Assembly (NCBI GenBank): GCA_002011615.1
Contig: MTOH01000008.1
Span: 6,460 to 70,459, forward strand
Source: Candidatus Hydrothermus pacificus
GTDB lineage: Bacteria; Hydrothermota; Hydrothermia; Hydrothermales; Hydrothermaceae
Length of the DNA: 64,000 nucleotides
Direction of reading: 5' to 3'
Position 1 is the stretch's first letter; each line of letters begins with the position of its first letter. The notes beneath the pieces are model-generated. The model worked only from the letters and a program-made list of their open reading frames with translations. It searched no databases and was not told the origin of the DNA. A program made the translations under genes and the position numbers. This document shows positions 49,202 to 59,841 of the stretch, piece after piece.

Positions 49202-49924
49202 CTACTGAGATTCTTCAATAAGGCCGTCTTTCATCCTGTAAGTCTTTCTTGCATGTTTTGCAATTTCAGGGTCATGAGTGACAACAATGATAGTCTTTCC
49301 TTCATGATTCAAACGGTTAAATATTTCCATTATTTCTTCACCGGTTTTTGTATCAAGATTGCCGGTGGGTTCATCTGCAAGCACTAAATTGGTTCCGGTG
49401 ACAAGGGCTCTGGCTATTGCAACTCTTTGATTTTCTCCACCTGAAAGTTCTGTTGGTCTATGAGAGCCTCTTTTTCCGAGTCCCACTTTTTCAAGCATTT
49501 CATAAGCGGTTTTTCTCCTCTCTTTTGCCGGCATCCCCATGTACATCAGTGGAAGTTCAACATTCTGTAAAGCATTTATCCTTGGAATTAAATTAAAAAA
49601 TTGAAATACAAAACCTATTTTCCTATTCCTGATATTTGCCAGGGACTCGTCATCAAATGCCTGAACCTCACTGCCCTCAAAAAGATATCTCCCGCTGGTG
49701 GGTCTGTCCAGGAAACCGATTATATGCATGAGCGTGCTTTTACCTGACCCGGAGGGACCCATCAGAGCTATATAGTCACCATAATGAACTTCCAGATTTA
49801 CACCCCTTAAAGCATGAATTTCAACCTCTCCCATACGATATACTTTGTGGATATTTTCAAGTTTTAGAATTGTCTTATTTTTCATTCTTAATCTTTTTAT
49901 TCTCTTCTTTTTGTCTGTCTTCAC
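49202..49924 (-). CDS. ABC transporter ATP-binding protein (LolD/MacB/DevA-type)
   Basis: Walker A GPSGSGKST, LSGGENQRVAIARAL signature and Walker B LVLADEPTGNLD. Size is 240 aa. Confidence 0.85.
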   Translation of the reverse strand: MKTDKKKRIKRLRMKNKTILKLENIHKVYRMGEVEIHALRGVNLEVHYGDYIALMGPSGSGKSTLMHIIGFLDRPTSGRYLFEGSEVQAFDDESLANIRNRKIGFVFQFFNLIPRINALQNVELPLMYMGMPAKERRKTAYEMLEKVGLGKRGSHRPTELSGGENQRVAIARALVTGTNLVLADEPTGNLDTKTGEEIMEIFNRLNHEGKTIIVVTHDPEIAKHARKTYRMKDGLIEESQ

Positions 49925-51035
49925 TCTTTTCCTTTATTTTTACATCTACCTTCTCACCGTCTTTAAGGACAAGAAGGCTTTTCTGAGGACCAATCAAAAC
50001 GGTATCTTTTTCTGAAAGTCCTTCAATCACCTCTATATAATCCTTACCCTGAATCCCTGTTTTTATAAATACTTTTTTCGCTTTGCCCTGTTTTTTGACA
50101 AAAACATAATATTTTTCTTTCTCCTTGCCAACTGCAGAATAGGGTAACCTTAATATGTTGTTTTTCTCCCGGGTTATGATTTCACATGTTGCATTCATTC
50201 CGGGCATTAAAAGAGAATCTTTTTCCAGAAACATAACCTCAATCGGAAAAAGAGCGCTTCCTTCCTGTAATGAAGTGGATAAAGGGAGTCCGCCCACTGT
50301 TTCAACCATCCCTTTAAACTCTTTTCCTGGAAGGGCATCTACTTTAATTATGGCTCTGTTACCTTTTTTTATTTTCGGGATCTCGGTTTCATCCACCTCT
50401 CCTTTCAAAACCATTCTGTTTCTATCTGCCAGAACCATTATTATACTACCAGGAGTGCTTATAGTCCCCACAATAACCATCTCCCCTTCTTCCTTGTCTA
50501 TTCTTAAAACTTCCCCATCAATAGGAGATTTTATATAACACTTTTTTAAATTTTCCTCGGCTTCTTTTAAAGCAAAACTATCTGACTGGAGTTGTGCCTT
50601 TGTGGAAAGATAGTCTGCTTCAACTTTTTCAAACTCACTTTTTGAAATCAGGTTTTTTGAAAAGAGTTCTTTTGAACGTTCATAGTCATTTTTTAAAACC
50701 CTGTATCTTGCAAGGTCTGCTATAAGACGGGATTTTATCTCGTCTCTTCTTGCTTTATAGGTCTCGGGGTCAATTATGCATAAAAGGTCCCCCTTTTTAA
50801 CATTCTGTCTTTCTTTAACAAGTATCTTCTCTATTCTTCCCATAACATCAGAACCGACTTCCACCTGTTTGTAGGCCTCTACCTGACCATCCATCTTGAC
50901 AGTTTCCTTTATATCACCTTTCTCCAGTATGGCTCCCTGCATGTTTTTGCTCTTTTCACCCTGAACCACATTTAAAAGGATTATAAGAAATAGAACCAGA
51001 ATGACCACAGCTCCTATTAAAATTTTCTTTTTCAT
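49875..51035 (-). CDS. Efflux transporter periplasmic adaptor (HlyD/MacA membrane-fusion family)
   Basis: N-terminal TM anchor, coiled-coil hairpin and beta-barrel/lipoyl-like domains. Size is 386 aa. Confidence 0.8.
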   Translation of the reverse strand: MKKKILIGAVVILVLFLIILLNVVQGEKSKNMQGAILEKGDIKETVKMDGQVEAYKQVEVGSDVMGRIEKILVKERQNVKKGDLLCIIDPETYKARRDEIKSRLIADLARYRVLKNDYERSKELFSKNLISKSEFEKVEADYLSTKAQLQSDSFALKEAEENLKKCYIKSPIDGEVLRIDKEEGEMVIVGTISTPGSIIMVLADRNRMVLKGEVDETEIPKIKKGNRAIIKVDALPGKEFKGMVETVGGLPLSTSLQEGSALFPIEVMFLEKDSLLMPGMNATCEIITREKNNILRLPYSAVGKEKEKYYVFVKKQGKAKKVFIKTGIQGKDYIEVIEGLSEKDTVLIGPQKSLLVLKDGEKVDVKIKEKSEDRQKEENKKIKNEK

Positions 51036-52312
51036 CTTATTTCCTCCTCCAGAAAACCTGTTAAAAATAAAAGGTTATACTTGTATTTAAGATAATCAAA
51101 CTGAGAGGATATATAGCTTAGCCGAGCATTTAACATGTTTTCCTCTGCATTTAAAAACTCAACGTAAGATATTTTACCCAGCTCATACTGAGCCTTTGCA
51201 AGTTTGTAGGCTTCCTCTGCCATCTCAAGAGAGGAAAGAGAAAGGGAAAATCTTTCTTTTTCCAGTTTTAAAGAACTGAGGATATTTTCTATTTGACTGT
51301 ATAAGTCGAATAGACTTTTTTTAACATAAAGTTTTTGAATATTGTAATTTTTTTTAGATTGCATTATATCAAAAGGATAATCAAAGAATTTAAATCCCAG
51401 AGAAATATAAAAACCTTTTGACCTTTGAGAATTATCCCAGAGATAGTTGTAACTTTTTGGAAAGAGAGTATCCTGATAGGTTATATAATAACCCCATTCA
51501 ATTTCGGGTAAGAAGGAAAAGGAAGTAAATAAAAAATCAAAGAATGCACTCCTTTTTTCCTCTTTTAAGGAAAGAATTGTATTCTTTTTTGATTCACCGA
51601 TTTTCATAAGCTCGCTGAATTCATAGTCTATGTCTTCAACATTTATGTTCAGTTCCTGCAGAGTTAACTCTTTTTCTTCTTTTATACCGAGAACCAGAAG
51701 TAATTTCCATTTTGTGTCATTAAGGTTTTTTAAAGCTTCTTTGTATTCTATTTCTCTTTGTTTTAAATTTACCTCTGAGTTTAAGTGGTTAAGCTTTGAA
51801 ACAGCATTCAATCTGTATTTTTCTCTGAAAATTCTTGCATTTTCCCGGGCACTTTCAAGGGCTTTTTCTTTAACCTCCAAGAATTTTTCTGCTTTTAAAA
51901 AGTCCACATAGTTTGAAAGCACATTGATAAAAAGGGAAAGTTTTTTGTCAACCTGCATAAATTTCTGGGACTTTTTTGAGTAAAAACCATCAAGTATTCT
52001 CTGGATAGAAACAGGTGAAAATATTTTTTGAGCAAGATTCATAGTTAAGTAATAACCTTCTCCAGAAGAGATATATCCCGGCAATCCCGGGGTGGGAGCA
52101 AAACGGGTTTCAGTGCTGGAATAACTACCTGAAACAGAAAAAGTGGGGAGGTAAGAGAAAAAAGCCTTATAAAAGGAGACATTCTGAAGACTGGTTTTTT
52201 CCATCTCTATCCTGTAATCAGGATTGTTCCTGAGGGCAATCTTATAAGCTGTATGCAAGTCAAGATTTAAAGTGTCCAGTGTTATTAAAAATAAAATTAA
52301 AAAACTATTCAT
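51032..52312 (-). CDS. TolC-family outer-membrane efflux protein
   Basis: 426 aa with duplicated coiled-coil/beta-barrel repeats typical of OEP/TolC. The start overlaps the adaptor gene. Confidence 0.7.
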   Translation of the reverse strand: MNSFLILFLITLDTLNLDLHTAYKIALRNNPDYRIEMEKTSLQNVSFYKAFFSYLPTFSVSGSYSSTETRFAPTPGLPGYISSGEGYYLTMNLAQKIFSPVSIQRILDGFYSKKSQKFMQVDKKLSLFINVLSNYVDFLKAEKFLEVKEKALESARENARIFREKYRLNAVSKLNHLNSEVNLKQREIEYKEALKNLNDTKWKLLLVLGIKEEKELTLQELNINVEDIDYEFSELMKIGESKKNTILSLKEEKRSAFFDFLFTSFSFLPEIEWGYYITYQDTLFPKSYNYLWDNSQRSKGFYISLGFKFFDYPFDIMQSKKNYNIQKLYVKKSLFDLYSQIENILSSLKLEKERFSLSLSSLEMAEEAYKLAKAQYELGKISYVEFLNAEENMLNARLSYISSQFDYLKYKYNLLFLTGFLEEEIR

Positions 52313-53564
52313 ATCTTAATGCCTCTATAGGGTCAAGTTTTGAGGCCTTTGTTGCAGGGTATATACCGAAGAAAAGCCCCACAATCATTGAAAATCCGAT
52401 TGCTATCAGTATGCTCCATACAGGGATATGGGAGGGCAATGGAGTGAGAATATCAACTATCTTTGCAAGCCCGGCGCCGAGAAAAAGCCCGAGAACACCT
52501 CCAACTCCTGTAAGAAACACGGCTTCACTCAGAAATTGCATGAGAATATCTCTTCTCTTCGCACCCACAGCCATTCTTATGCCTATCTCCTTTGTTCTCT
52601 CAGAAACCGATACAAGCATTATATTCATTATTCCTATTCCTCCCACAATCAGTGCAAGAGAGGCTATTCCGACCATTGCGAAAAATATTCCCATTGTTAG
52701 ATTTTTATACATTGAAAGAAGCATTTCCTGGGTGTTTAAAGCAAAATCGTCTTCCTGGTTAAAAAACAAATTCCTTCTCTTTCTCAAGAGTTTTCTTATA
52801 TCCTGTTTTGCCTGTTCAACTGTAAAACCTTTTTCTACCTTTGCGGCAATTTGCAAACTCTGGAAAACTCCTCTCCACCCACGAACAGGGGGTTTAAAAT
52901 ATAAAAGAGCTGTTTTCAGGGGAATGAAAATGACATTGTCAAGATTGTTTCCAAGGAGTTCTCCTTTTTTATCAGTTATTCCCACCACGGTAAATCTATG
53001 TCTTCCTATTATTATTTCCTTGCCCATTGGGTTTTCCTTATCAAAAAGATTTTCTGCCACAAAAGGTCCTATTATACATACTTTTCTTTTGAAATCATTA
53101 TCCGCATCTACAAAACTCCTTCCCTCTTCAACAGTTCTTCCTGAAACAAAAAAGTAATCTCCTGTAATACCGGCTACATCATTAACATTGAGAGTCTTAT
53201 TCTTATATCTAACTTCTCCCACACTGAACACAGGATAAGTGGGAGCAACCTTTGATATGCTTTTTAAGTTTTCAATTGCCCGGGCATCCTCAATTGTCAG
53301 GTCCTCTCTTTTGGCCATTTTTCTCCACCATTCCCTATCCCTGCTTCCGACAAAAAATGCCCATTTCCATTTCTGAACATATATCACATCAGAACCCACA
53401 CCCCCAAAAGCCCTGTAAACAAAGGCATTAACCCCTTCTATTATCGCAACCATTGTGATAACCGTTGCAACACCTATAATTATGCCGAGAGTGGTGAGAA
53501 CCGACCTTAACTTATGGGTTCTCAATCCATGAAAACTTGTATATATTAAATCATAAAATTTCAT
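52305..53564 (-). CDS. ABC transporter permease (MacB/FtsX-like, 4 TM with large periplasmic domain)
   Basis: N-terminal TM helix, about 220-aa periplasmic domain and a C-terminal FtsX 3-TM module. Size is 419 aa. Confidence 0.8.
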   Translation of the reverse strand: MKFYDLIYTSFHGLRTHKLRSVLTTLGIIIGVATVITMVAIIEGVNAFVYRAFGGVGSDVIYVQKWKWAFFVGSRDREWWRKMAKREDLTIEDARAIENLKSISKVAPTYPVFSVGEVRYKNKTLNVNDVAGITGDYFFVSGRTVEEGRSFVDADNDFKRKVCIIGPFVAENLFDKENPMGKEIIIGRHRFTVVGITDKKGELLGNNLDNVIFIPLKTALLYFKPPVRGWRGVFQSLQIAAKVEKGFTVEQAKQDIRKLLRKRRNLFFNQEDDFALNTQEMLLSMYKNLTMGIFFAMVGIASLALIVGGIGIMNIMLVSVSERTKEIGIRMAVGAKRRDILMQFLSEAVFLTGVGGVLGLFLGAGLAKIVDILTPLPSHIPVWSILIAIGFSMIVGLFFGIYPATKASKLDPIEALRYE

Positions 53565-53605
53565 TTTCTATACTATGTTATAACGAAATTTTTATTTAAA
53601 AAGTT

Positions 53606-54283
53606 TCAACCTGTAAATCTCCCTCCTGCTTTAAAACCTATGATAGAAATAACAATTGAAATCAAAAACCATAAAACATAAACAAATATGAGGGCATTTT
53701 TCTTTTTCACCTTTGATAAAACAGCCATACCACATGCAGTAACATAAAGTGAGTAGAGGGTAAAAATATCAACCTGTGTTAAAAGAATATAAAGAAAGTT
53801 TTTACCTTTTAAAAAAGGGAAAAGCAGGGCAAGGTCTGTGTGAATGCGAACCTTTTTTACAAGAAGTGATACCGGAAATTTTATGTAAGCGGAAAGAAGA
53901 TTTATAAACTTCGCATATACAACATAAAGAAATGTAAATTCAAATTTCGATTCTCCTCCAAGAAAACCCGTTGCGAGATGATAAACAAGAGCAGTAATGA
54001 GCAATACTACCGGGAGTCCTATAAGAGTTTGCAGGAAAGTGGTTATATTTAAGAAGGGTCTGGACATAAACCTCTGAGCCCTTTCCATGGCTTCCGGTGG
54101 CATCTGACCTGATTGCAAGAATTCCATTCTTCTGGGATAAACAATATAGTTAACATAGAGAAGGGCTATAATAACAGAAAGGACAAGAAGAATTAAAAAA
54201 GGAATCCATAATTCCCTTTTTGCTTCTTCTACTTCTTTAAAAGCATCTTCCGGTGCATAAAATATTTTTATTAAAGATTTCAT
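53606..54283 (-). CDS. Yip1-like/DUF1282 polytopic membrane protein
   Basis: 5 TM helices. The start overlaps the SPFH gene end. Confidence 0.4.
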   Translation of the reverse strand: MKSLIKIFYAPEDAFKEVEEAKRELWIPFLILLVLSVIIALLYVNYIVYPRRMEFLQSGQMPPEAMERAQRFMSRPFLNITTFLQTLIGLPVVLLITALVYHLATGFLGGESKFEFTFLYVVYAKFINLLSAYIKFPVSLLVKKVRIHTDLALLFPFLKGKNFLYILLTQVDIFTLYSLYVTACGMAVLSKVKKKNALIFVYVLWFLISIVISIIGFKAGGRFTG

Positions 54284-55230
54284 TTTTCAAGAATCCCCTT
54301 TAAATCCAGGATAGTTCCCTGGTCAGAAACTATGACTTTGACCTTATCAGAAAGTTTGTCAACATAAAGATATTTTATATATTGTGGATTTTTTTTGAGC
54401 TCTTCACTTATAATCTTTATGGCTCTTGCCTTACCCTCTGCTTCTATTTTTTTTCTATCAGCTTCCTTTTTTTCTTTATCCAGAACATATTCCATTTTTT
54501 CTGCTTCCTGCTGGGCAATCTGCTTTTCCTCAATAGCACGGGCAAAATCAGGCGAAAACCTTACATCTCTCAAAATAATTTCTTCTATCATAAATCCATC
54601 TTTTTCAAGCATCTCTCTTACCTTTCCCTCTATCTCATGCTCAGCTTCTTTTCTTCTGATTGAATAAATTTCAGTAACTGAGTAAGATGAAACAACGTGT
54701 CTCACTATTGACCTGACTGCTGGTCTTATAACTTTTGTAAGATAATCAGGACCTATATTTTTATGAATATCAATTATCTTATCCTTTCTGGGTCTGAACC
54801 AGCAGGTGAGGTCTATACCTATATGGAGTCCCTCTTTTGTAGGTGACCAGAGAGAATCCTCCTTTTTCTTCTGTTCTTCCTCAGTCCGGGTAGATGTCAT
54901 TGTGTATTCCTGTCTTCTTATATCATAAATATAAGTTTTGTAGAAAAACAAGGGAACAATTTGAAGTCCTTCGCCTGTCACGCTGTATTTTTTCGTCAAC
55001 ACATTGAATTTCAGAAGAGCATGACCTATCGGAACATATTTAAAACTCAGTAGTAGATAAAGCAGTGCAATTCCGCCCACAAGAATAGCGATTATCAAGG
55101 GATTAAAGGCTATCTTTCTCACCGTGATTATTTCACCTTTCTTCTCTGTGAGTATAACTTTTACACCATATTTATATACAAAATAGCCAATCAGCCACAG
55201 AAAAAAGAGAATAAGTAATAATTTTAACAT
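54280..55230 (-). CDS. SPFH/band-7 (prohibitin/stomatin-like) domain protein
   Basis: N-terminal TM helices, SPFH domain and C-terminal coiled coil rich in E/K (AQQEAEKMEY...KKIEAEGKARAIK). Confidence 0.8.
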   Translation of the reverse strand: MLKLLLILFFLWLIGYFVYKYGVKVILTEKKGEIITVRKIAFNPLIIAILVGGIALLYLLLSFKYVPIGHALLKFNVLTKKYSVTGEGLQIVPLFFYKTYIYDIRRQEYTMTSTRTEEEQKKKEDSLWSPTKEGLHIGIDLTCWFRPRKDKIIDIHKNIGPDYLTKVIRPAVRSIVRHVVSSYSVTEIYSIRRKEAEHEIEGKVREMLEKDGFMIEEIILRDVRFSPDFARAIEEKQIAQQEAEKMEYVLDKEKKEADRKKIEAEGKARAIKIISEELKKNPQYIKYLYVDKLSDKVKVIVSDQGTILDLKGILEK

Positions 55231-55323
55231 TTCAAAAATCCTCTTTTAATTGACAAATTATGTTTAATTATGTATAATTTTAATGTAAATTTTGTTTAAA
55301 AAGTCAAATAAAAAGGAGGTTAT

Positions 55324-56361
55324 ATGCTTGGTAGAAAAAAGGGACTATTAGGATTAGATATAGGGAGTTCAAGTTTAAAGATAGCAACAGTGGCAAGAAA
55401 GGGCAAACAGCCAGTAGTAAAGGAATTATGGGAAAAAGAATTTCCTCCGGATACAATTGTAGAGGGAGAAATAATGGACAGGGAAACTGTTATACAATTC
55501 ATACAGGAATTTATTGATGAAAAGAAACCAAAAACAAGAGATGTAGCAACCTTTCTTCCAGCAAATAAAGGTGTTATTTTGAAAAGAGTTAAAACAGAAA
55601 AAATGCCTGTAGAAGAAGCCAGAGAAAGCATTAAGTGGAATGCTGACCAGTACATACCCTATGACCCATCCGAAGTATCTCTTGATGTTGCAATAGTAAA
55701 CCCGAATGCAGGTGAAAACGAGATGGAGGCAATACTTGTCGCAGCAAGAAGTGATATACTCACTGACTACCTCTCTCTTTTAAGAGAGGCAAACCTGAAT
55801 CCTCAAATTCTGGACATATCCATACTCGTATTGCATAACATTTATGAAATAAATCATATGCAAAAAGGTAAAGATGAAGTGGTAGCACTTATTCATATCG
55901 GCAAAAACTTTACCCATATTATATATACAGGAAATACAGGACCTCTTCTTTATAGAGATATAACCACAGGAGTAAAAGACCTTATAAGAATGATACAGGA
56001 CAGATATGGTATTACCTCTACAGAATCCGAAAAAATTATAATGGGTAAAGAGGAAAGAAGCCTCACCGAACTTCTTGACCTATGTACATCCTTTTCAGAG
56101 ATCTTAAGTGATGAAATAGTTAAAAGTTTTGCATACCTTCCCGGTAAGGAAAAACCTGAGAGAATACTGATATCCGGTGGTGGTGCGGTTGTTCCTGATA
56201 TAGATAAGAAAATAGAGGAAAGGTCAGCGGTTCCAACTGAAAAGATTAATGTATTTAATAAAATAGATATAGATGAAAAACTGCTTGCTTTTGGTAATCT
56301 TGAAAAATATAATTATTTGTTTCCTCTGGCAATAGGGCTTTCAATGAGAGGTGTAGCATGA
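55324..56361 (+). CDS. pilM: Type IV pilus assembly protein PilM
   Basis: Actin-like ATPase fold starting GLDIGSSSLKIA. Size is 345 aa. It is the first gene of a pilMNOP block. Confidence 0.85.
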   Translation: MLGRKKGLLGLDIGSSSLKIATVARKGKQPVVKELWEKEFPPDTIVEGEIMDRETVIQFIQEFIDEKKPKTRDVATFLPANKGVILKRVKTEKMPVEEARESIKWNADQYIPYDPSEVSLDVAIVNPNAGENEMEAILVAARSDILTDYLSLLREANLNPQILDISILVLHNIYEINHMQKGKDEVVALIHIGKNFTHIIYTGNTGPLLYRDITTGVKDLIRMIQDRYGITSTESEKIIMGKEERSLTELLDLCTSFSEILSDEIVKSFAYLPGKEKPERILISGGGAVVPDIDKKIEERSAVPTEKINVFNKIDIDEKLLAFGNLEKYNYLFPLAIGLSMRGVA

Positions 56362-56954
56362 TTAAAATAAATTTAATACCACCCGTTGAACGGGTTAAAG
56401 AGAGACCTAAAATAGCTTTACCACCAATAGCTATATATGATGTAGTAGGTGTCCTTGTTCTTGTCGCAGTCCTCCTGTGGATTTTCTTCAGTTGCACAAT
56501 TACAAAATCAAACATTGCAGGCACAAAATCACGTATAAACACGGTTAAAAAAGAACTTTCTGCTCTTCAGGAAGTGGTGAACAGAGTGAATCATTTGAAA
56601 AAAAGAAAGAGTGAACTTCAGGGGCTTGTTTCCCAGATTGAAGGTCTGAAACCATACACGGTTCAGGAAGTTATTGTGCTTGATGAGATATCCAAGATAT
56701 TACCAGATTATATGTGGATAAACAAATTTAATCACAATAGTAGTGCCAACACGATATCAATTGAAGGCACAACCTTTTCAGCTCTGTCCCTTGCTGATTT
56801 CATAACCAATATAAAAAAATCAAATCTATTTGAAAATGTTACTCTAAAATCTTTCTCCAAAAGAGAGCAGGAAAAAGTAGAGGTTATTACTTTCCAGATG
56901 GAGATTAATGTAGCTTTTGACCAGGTTCTTAAAATTGCAAAAAAGGAGGGTTAA
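56358..56954 (+). CDS. pilN: Type IV pilus assembly protein PilN
   Basis: Starts MIKINLIPP and has a single TM helix plus a periplasmic domain. It overlaps pilM by 4 nt. Confidence 0.7.
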   Translation: MIKINLIPPVERVKERPKIALPPIAIYDVVGVLVLVAVLLWIFFSCTITKSNIAGTKSRINTVKKELSALQEVVNRVNHLKKRKSELQGLVSQIEGLKPYTVQEVIVLDEISKILPDYMWINKFNHNSSANTISIEGTTFSALSLADFITNIKKSNLFENVTLKSFSKREQEKVEVITFQMEINVAFDQVLKIAKKEG

Positions 56955-57560
56955 ATGAATCTTGCAAAATACAGATTTATAATAGTGAGTGTTTTGATCT
57001 CTCTGATTCTTTTTGTTATTTATCACTTCATGTTTTATACAAAATGGCAAAAAGAACTGGGGCAGTTGAAAAAAGAACTTAATGCACTGGAAACAGAGCT
57101 TTCTTCTGCAAGACAGGCAATTCGAGACCTGCCAAGACTGGAAAAGGAGATTAAATCTCTTGAGTACAAATGGCAGCTTTCTCAGAGGCTCCTTCCTCCT
57201 GAAGAGAAAATAGATGATGTCATAAGGCTTATAACCCAGAGAGCAATGGAATCAGGAGTTAAAGTTATTGAATTAACAAGGGGTAGCCCTACTGGATACA
57301 CTGCTCGACCTACACCTGCCCCTGCAGGTCAAAAACCCGGAGCTCCTGCGCCCGTATCTCCTGGAAGAATACAACAGATACCTCTCGGTTTAAAAATAAA
57401 ATCTGACTTTTACAGCCTGTGTGGATTTCTGGCACAAATTTCTACCCTTCAAAGATTGATAACAACATGGAATGTAAATATATCCTCCAAAATAGAGGAT
57501 GGGTATACCCTTGAAGGAACTCTTCAGGCAAGAATTTATACATTTGGAGGTGCAAAATGA
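56955..57560 (+). CDS. pilO: Type IV pilus assembly protein PilO
   Basis: TM helix plus coiled coil (LKKELNALETELSSARQ) and a periplasmic domain. Position is after pilN. Confidence 0.65.
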   Translation: MNLAKYRFIIVSVLISLILFVIYHFMFYTKWQKELGQLKKELNALETELSSARQAIRDLPRLEKEIKSLEYKWQLSQRLLPPEEKIDDVIRLITQRAMESGVKVIELTRGSPTGYTARPTPAPAGQKPGAPAPVSPGRIQQIPLGLKIKSDFYSLCGFLAQISTLQRLITTWNVNISSKIEDGYTLEGTLQARIYTFGGAK

Positions 57561-58015
57561 AAAAAATTATCCCTTTAATTATCCTGGTTTCATTTTTTTA
57601 CCATTGTCCAAAAGCGAAGAAAGAAGACCAGACAATTGCCAAGTTTGAAATTCCTAAAATTAATCCTGAAGACATAAAAATAGACACAGCTGCGATTAAA
57701 GACACCTTCATGCCAAAAGGTTATTCCTATGAGGCTCCCGGGAGGTCAGATCCATTAAAGCCCCTTGTGGGTGTCACTGTAAAGGAAGAACAGAAAGAAA
57801 TAGACCTTTCCACACTTAAGCTTGTTGGGATTCTGAGAGGGGTAAAAGGCAATGCCGCTCTTTTTGAAGGAAGCGATGGAAGAGCCTATTTTATTAGACA
57901 GGGAGATAGAGTGAGAGGGGGTTATGTTAAAACTATAAGTGCAAGGGAGGTTATAGTTGAAATAACAATATACGGAAAGCCTATAGAGGTTAGATATTCG
58001 TTAAAGTCAGAGTAG
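57557..58015 (+). CDS. pilP: Type IV pilus assembly lipoprotein PilP
   Basis: Lipoprotein signal (FFYHC) and a beta-rich C-domain. Position is after pilO. Confidence 0.55.
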   Translation: MKKIIPLIILVSFFYHCPKAKKEDQTIAKFEIPKINPEDIKIDTAAIKDTFMPKGYSYEAPGRSDPLKPLVGVTVKEEQKEIDLSTLKLVGILRGVKGNAALFEGSDGRAYFIRQGDRVRGGYVKTISAREVIVEITIYGKPIEVRYSLKSE

Positions 58016-58019
58016 ATTA

Positions 58020-59840
58020 ATGTGTGGAATTATAGGGTATATCGGGAAAAAAAATGTAGATAGTGTTCTGATTGTCGGACTCGAAAAATTAGAATACAGG
58101 GGTTATGATTCTGCGGGAATAGCTATACTTAGTGATAATGGTATATATTTAAAAAAGAAAAAAGGTAGGATTTCAGACCTTGCACAGGCACTTAATGGCA
58201 CTCCTTTGAAGGCCCGAGTAGGAATAGGACACACAAGATGGGCAACTCACGGAAAACCAAATGACATCAATGCACACCCTCATATTGATTGTAAAAAAAA
58301 TTTTGCAGTGGTCCACAACGGAGTTATAGAAAATTTTGAGAGAATAAGAAAAAACTTAATAAAGAAAGGGCACAGGTTCTTATCAGAAACTGATACTGAA
58401 ATTATTCCCCATCTACTTGAAGAGAATTATAAGGGTGACCTGCTTTCTGCTGTTCTTAAAGTTATAAAAGAGTTGAAGGGCTCTTTTGCACTTGCAATTA
58501 TATCCAAATATCATCCCGATAAAATAATAGGTGTAAGAAAAGGTAGTCCTCTTGTAATTGGAGTGGGAGAAAAGGAAAATCTTCTTGCCTCAGACATACC
58601 TGCTATTTTATCACACACAAGAAAAATAATCTCAATGCATGATGGTGAAATAGCGGTAATTGAGAAAGAAAAAGTAAAAGTGTATAATTTCTCAGGTAAA
58701 GAGAAAAGAAAGAAAGTAAGATATGTTGACTGGGAAGAAGATATGATTGAAAAAAGCGGTTATGCGCATTTCATGCTTAAAGAGATTCACGAACAACCAC
58801 GTGTAATAGAAGAAAATCTTGAAAGGATAATTTTAAATGGCAAAATCAGCATACAGAATAATGAATTTCTAAAATTATTTGAGGATAAAACTCATATAAT
58901 ATTTCAGGCTGCGGGCACGAGCTTTCATGCAACTCTTTATGCAAAATATATTTTTGAAAAATATCTGAAACTCTTTATAGAAAGCGACCTTTCTTCAGAG
59001 TTCAGATATCGTGAACCTCTGATTGCCAGAAATTCTATTATGATAGCAGTATCTCAATCAGGTGAAACCGCAGATACCCTTGAAGGCATAAGGCTTGCAA
59101 AGAGAAAAAAGATACCTGTTATATCCCTGGTAAATGTAAAAGGTAGCACAATAGATAGAGAATCAAACCACACAATCTACATAAATGCGGGTCCTGAAAT
59201 AGGTGTAGCATCCACCAAAGCCTACACTGCTCAACTGTTATACCTGCTTTTACTATGCATGCTCCTCTCACATAAGAAAAGAAAGGTTACCAAAAAATTC
59301 ATCAAAGATACCCTGAAAGAACTTTTCACACTACCTGATAAAATCAGGTATATTCTGGGTAAAGAGGAAGAAATAGCTGGAATTGCCAGGAAATACTACA
59401 CATTTAATAATGCTCTTTTTCTCGGTAGAGGATTAAATTATGTAACCGCTCTTGAAGGAGCGTTGAAATTAAAAGAAATTTCCTATATTCATGCAACAGG
59501 ATATGCTGCAGGAGAAATGAAACACGGGCCAATCGCGTTGATAGATGAGAACTGGCCTGTAGTCAACATATGCACAAAAAATTATCTCTATCCTAAAATG
59601 ATTTCAAACATAATGGAGGTAAAAGCCAGGGATGGCATAATAATAGCAGTAACCAACCCACCTGTCGCCGGGTTAAAAGAAATAGCAGATGAAATAATAT
59701 CTATACCAAAAACATCCTTAATACTGGAACCCATACTCACAATAATCCCGCTTCAATTATTAGCCTATCACATTGCTTTGCTCAGAGGATGCGATGTTGA
59801 TAAACCAAGGAACCTGGCCAAGAGTGTGACAGTGGAATAG
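58020..59840 (+). CDS. glmS: Glutamine–fructose-6-phosphate aminotransferase
   Basis: Starts MCGIIGY (Ntn Cys) and has two SIS domains. The C-terminus ends ...AKSVTVE. Size is 606 aa. Confidence 0.95.
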   Translation: MCGIIGYIGKKNVDSVLIVGLEKLEYRGYDSAGIAILSDNGIYLKKKKGRISDLAQALNGTPLKARVGIGHTRWATHGKPNDINAHPHIDCKKNFAVVHNGVIENFERIRKNLIKKGHRFLSETDTEIIPHLLEENYKGDLLSAVLKVIKELKGSFALAIISKYHPDKIIGVRKGSPLVIGVGEKENLLASDIPAILSHTRKIISMHDGEIAVIEKEKVKVYNFSGKEKRKKVRYVDWEEDMIEKSGYAHFMLKEIHEQPRVIEENLERIILNGKISIQNNEFLKLFEDKTHIIFQAAGTSFHATLYAKYIFEKYLKLFIESDLSSEFRYREPLIARNSIMIAVSQSGETADTLEGIRLAKRKKIPVISLVNVKGSTIDRESNHTIYINAGPEIGVASTKAYTAQLLYLLLLCMLLSHKKRKVTKKFIKDTLKELFTLPDKIRYILGKEEEIAGIARKYYTFNNALFLGRGLNYVTALEGALKLKEISYIHATGYAAGEMKHGPIALIDENWPVVNICTKNYLYPKMISNIMEVKARDGIIIAVTNPPVAGLKEIADEIISIPKTSLILEPILTIIPLQLLAYHIALLRGCDVDKPRNLAKSVTVE

Positions 59841-59841
59841 T

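Noticed and set aside
58000-58020. glmS ribozyme upstream of glmS
   Set aside because: Only 5 nt separate pilP and glmS, so there is no room for the ~150-nt ribozyme.
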